Shown here: positions 37,434 to 40,000 of the stretch, piece by piece
Numbering within the stretch: position 1 is the stretch's first letter
Layout: each line of letters begins with the position of its first letter
Assembly (NCBI GenBank): GCA_038252025.1
Contig: JBBSAT010000021.1
Location: forward strand, 6,716-46,715
Source of the DNA: Polyangiales bacterium
Lineage (GTDB): Bacteria; Myxococcota_A; Polyangia; Polyangiales; Sandaracinaceae
DNA: 40,000 nucleotides
Reading direction: 5' to 3'
The notes under the pieces: generated by a model
What the model was told of the DNA's origin: nothing
Databases searched by the model: none
What the model saw: only the letters and a program-made list of their open reading frames with translations
Made by a program: the position numbers and the translations under genes

Positions 37434-38344
37434 GCGCTCTCCTGACGGAACAGGCGGCCGAACCGCTTCTGTTCGCAAGCGTGGCCCGCATCTCGAAGGC
37501 GCCGAAGAAACTTCGAGGCCGACGGACGGTCTACAGCGCGGAGTTCTCGCCGGATGAATGCGCGAGCCTCTTCGTCGGTAACGGGCGCGCGAACGAGTGG
37601 CTCGATCAGCGGCGCGCTGGACTCTACCTCGGCCGCGATCGTGCGCGCCGCGTCCACGGACCACTCCCGGGGCGTTAGCGTCCCGGCGACCCGGTGTGCC
37701 AGGCGGGCATTGAGCGAGGTCATCGCCCCGCCGAGATCGGTCCGCATCGGGCCCGTCGAAAGTACGACCTGGTCGGCGAGGCCGTCGCTCGCTCCACGAG
37801 AAGTCACGACCACGACGCGGCGCGAGTTCTTCGCGACCGAGACGGCAACCTCGAGGTCTTCGTGCGCGGCGTCGACGTAGGCCGGCGATCCAATGAAGAG
37901 CAGTGACGCGCCGTTGGCGGCGAGCGAGGCGATCGACCGTTGCTTCGAGCAGACAGCCCGCCACCAGGCGCGGCGATCCAACGAAACGCCTGCTCCGCTA
38001 GCCGCAGAACTCACCGAATCCGCATTTCCTACCGCGAAGGTCGCCGAGTATGCGGACACCAGCCGCCCAGCGGGAATCAGGCCATAGCCCGCGGAGGCGA
38101 CCCAGAGATGCGCCTCCTTCCAGCCCATCGCGAGCGCCGCGGCGGGCACGTCGCGACACATCGTCCAGTGGCTCCCGAGGTAGAGCTCACCTGCGGGGGT
38201 CGTCGGCTTGGCGTCGCGAAGCGCAGCGACCCACCGCTTCGCGCGGTCTGGGCCACGCCTGTGTGCACGCAGGCGTAGGCTCGCGGTCGGTGCGGCGCGC
38301 TTGAGATCGGCGCACGCCGCGACGATGTTCAGAACGGAGCCCAC
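37430..38344 (-). CDS. uncharacterised protein (DUF6884-like pattern by eye)
   Basis: Trimmed to GTG 38344, 2 nt after the folE2 stop. The pattern IVAACADLK...PAGELYLGSHW...LWVASAGYGLIPAGRLVSAYSATF recalls the ACSxxK...PAxxLY...LSAxYGL family. It has no QueC SGGxDS motif. Confidence 0.55.
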   Translation of the reverse strand: MGSVLNIVAACADLKRAAPTASLRLRAHRRGPDRAKRWVAALRDAKPTTPAGELYLGSHWTMCRDVPAAALAMGWKEAHLWVASAGYGLIPAGRLVSAYSATFAVGNADSVSSAASGAGVSLDRRAWWRAVCSKQRSIASLAANGASLLFIGSPAYVDAAHEDLEVAVSVAKNSRRVVVVTSRGASDGLADQVVLSTGPMRTDLGGAMTSLNARLAHRVAGTLTPREWSVDAARTIAAEVESSAPLIEPLVRAPVTDEEARAFIRRELRAVDRPSASKFLRRLRDAGHACEQKRFGRLFRQESA

Positions 38345-38346
38345 AT

Positions 38347-39141
38347 TCAGCTCGGTCGGGTCCAGGTGCTGGACGCGAACGCCGCATGGTTGTGGATGCT
38401 CTCCTCGTTGCGAGCGTGCACCTTGAACCAGCTGATTCGCGCGTCTTCGCGTAGCCGGACCGCCACGTTGCGGACCATGTCCTCGACGAACACCGGGTTG
38501 TCGTAAGCCTGCATCGTGACGTGGCGCTCGTCCGGCCTCTTCAGAAGCGGATAAACGGGACATGACGCCGAGGCCTCTGCGACTTCCACGAGCTCTTCGA
38601 TCCAGACCCACGACTCTGGGCCGCTCGCGCTCGCGCATCGAACATCCATCGTCAGGTACCCGCGCTGATTGTGCGCGCCGTAGTCGCTGATCTCTTTCGA
38701 GCACGGGCACAGGCTCGTCACGGGAACACGCACCGAGAGGACGAAGTCGTGCGTCGTTCCGTCGGTGGATCCGACGAAACGGCAGTCGTAGTCCATCAGA
38801 CCCCGCGCCTTGCTGACCGGGGCCTCGCGCTCGAGAAAGTAGGGAAACGCGACGTCGATGCTCGCACTCGGCGCGTCGAGCTTCTCCTTCATCGCCGCAA
38901 GAATGCGTGGAAGGGTCCGCATCGTGATCTCGCCGCGGTGGGCCTCGATGATCTCGACGAACCGGCTCATGTGCGTGCCCTTCGCGGTGGAGGGGAGGGC
39001 AACCGACATGGAGATCGTTGCGATCGTGTGCTGCTTCTCGCGGGCTCGATCCAGGATGACGATCGGGCAACGAAGGTCGGCGATCCCGGCGGCGTCCAAC
39101 TCGACGCCACGCGAGTCCTCGCGCGACTGGACGTCGCGCAT
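38347..39141 (-). CDS. folE2: GTP cyclohydrolase IB (FolE2/MptA family)
   Basis: Trimmed to ATG 39141. Motifs are KGTHMSRF, SLCPCSKEISDYGAHNQR and EESIHNH. Confidence 0.9.
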   Translation of the reverse strand: MRDVQSREDSRGVELDAAGIADLRCPIVILDRAREKQHTIATISMSVALPSTAKGTHMSRFVEIIEAHRGEITMRTLPRILAAMKEKLDAPSASIDVAFPYFLEREAPVSKARGLMDYDCRFVGSTDGTTHDFVLSVRVPVTSLCPCSKEISDYGAHNQRGYLTMDVRCASASGPESWVWIEELVEVAEASASCPVYPLLKRPDERHVTMQAYDNPVFVEDMVRNVAVRLREDARISWFKVHARNEESIHNHAAFASSTWTRPS

Positions 39142-39509
39142 CACTGCGCGCCCTCCGGACCGGTGTAGACGCAGCCCGAAGTGCACGTCTCGCGGATCAC
39201 GATGCGCGAGAGCTGCGGGAGGGTCGGTCGAAGCTGCTTCCAGATCCAGCGCGCGAGGTTCTCGCTGGTCGGGTTCGCGAGCCCTTCGATCTCGTTGAGG
39301 TAGTTGTGGTCGAGGATCTTGTGGAGCGGCTGGAACAGCTCCTTGATGTCCGCGAAATCCATCACCCAGCCGTCACGCTCGTGCACCTCGCCGCGGACGT
39401 GGATCTCGCAGCGAAACGAATGGCCATGGAGGCGGCCGCACTTGTGACCCGGCGCGACGTGCGGCAGCAGGTGCGCGGACTCGAACGTGAACTCCTTGAA
39501 AATCTCCAT
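39141..39509 (-). CDS. queD: 6-carboxy-5,6,7,8-tetrahydropterin synthase
   Basis: Trimmed to ATG 39509, with a GGAG Shine-Dalgarno upstream. Motifs are FTFESAH, CGRLHGHSF and LDHNYLNE. Confidence 0.9.
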   Translation of the reverse strand: MEIFKEFTFESAHLLPHVAPGHKCGRLHGHSFRCEIHVRGEVHERDGWVMDFADIKELFQPLHKILDHNYLNEIEGLANPTSENLARWIWKQLRPTLPQLSRIVIRETCTSGCVYTGPEGAQ

Positions 39510-39529
39510 GGCATGCGCTCCGAAAAAAC

Positions 39530-40000
39530 TCAGGAAATGCCCAGGACCTTGTGAGTCTGGACGCTCAATCGCCACCGCGGATGCGCGAGGCAGTAGTCGA
39601 TCGCCAGCCGCGTGTTCTGCTTACGATCCGGCCCGTCGAGCGGCTGGAGAAGGAACGCGGCGAAGTCGAGGGACTCGAACTGCGCGGGATCCACGTCGGC
39701 TTGCGGGACCACGAGTTTGAGCTCGTGCCCGCGTCGCACGGCTAGACGCGAGCCCGCTTTTGGACTGACGCAGATCCAATCAATTTCTGCCGGGACCTCG
39801 ATCGTGCCGTTCGTTTCGACCGCGATCTCGAAGCCGACGGCGTGGAGAGCGGAGATGAGAGGCGCATCGAGTTGGAGCAACGGCTCACCGCCGGTGCACA
39901 CGACGAGGGGTCGCTCCCACGCGCCGGTCCACGTCTCCCGAACGTGAGCCGCGAGGTTGGCCGCGGTCTTGAAGCGGCCCCCGCCGGCTCCGTCGACGCC
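39530..40000 (-). CDS. queE: 7-carboxy-7-deazaguanine synthase (radical SAM), 5'-truncated by the window edge
   Basis: The frame is open to coordinate 40000. Motifs are CTGGEPLLQ, AVETNGT and QPLDGP...RLSVQTHK. Confidence 0.85.
   Translation of the reverse strand, partial: GVDGAGGGRFKTAANLAAHVRETWTGAWERPLVVCTGGEPLLQLDAPLISALHAVGFEIAVETNGTIEVPAEIDWICVSPKAGSRLAVRRGHELKLVVPQADVDPAQFESLDFAAFLLQPLDGPDRKQNTRLAIDYCLAHPRWRLSVQTHKVLGIS

Noticed and set aside
33899-39186. N-terminal extensions of the track ORFs in the dpd-like cluster: 33899-35284, 35017-36582, 36294-37964, 37430-39070 and 38347-39186.
   Set aside because: The extended parts are Arg/His/Pro-rich and overlap the well-supported upstream gene. 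Internal ATG/GTG starts give ATGA/GTGA or few-nt junctions and sensible N-termini, so the genes were trimmed.

Overview
This is a high-GC window; hand-counted 60-nt samples give about 70-73% GC. Its gene content looks myxobacterial (an inference): many lipobox lipoproteins, AgmX/PglI-type domains, a Hanks-type Ser/Thr kinase, a sigma-54 enhancer-binding protein, a large hybrid histidine kinase, and Kelch and BNR beta-propellers. Many long Arg/Ala-rich ORFs in the six-frame track are shadow frames and were discarded, and several real genes were trimmed to internal starts. Positions 1-21000 are mostly ordinary chromosome: a yiaA-like/plsC-like/membrane operon, a lipoprotein plus sigma-54 activator, a membrane/VWA/lipoprotein operon, the kinase, an esterase, Cys-rich lipoproteins, a peroxiredoxin, a metallophosphoesterase and the hybrid kinase. 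Positions 21000-31000 look accessory: a stand-alone E2 acyltransferase domain, two small nucleotidyltransferase-fold genes, a frameshifted Rpn/DUF4351-like remnant and several hypothetical genes. The standout is 31004-40000 on the minus strand. A translationally coupled operon runs queE(partial)-queD-folE2-unknown-DGQHR-dpdA(TGT-like)-DGQHR, which looks like a Dpd-type 7-deazaguanine DNA-modification cassette. A hairpin and a 275-bp spacer follow. Then comes a two-gene module of clearly lower GC: a third DGQHR protein with a large poly-acidic insertion, and an HNH endonuclease. No canonical dpdD-K genes are visible. The arrangement looks like an undescribed modification-plus-nuclease defence variant. 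All functional calls rest on motif recognition by eye; no homology search, HMM or fold prediction could be run.
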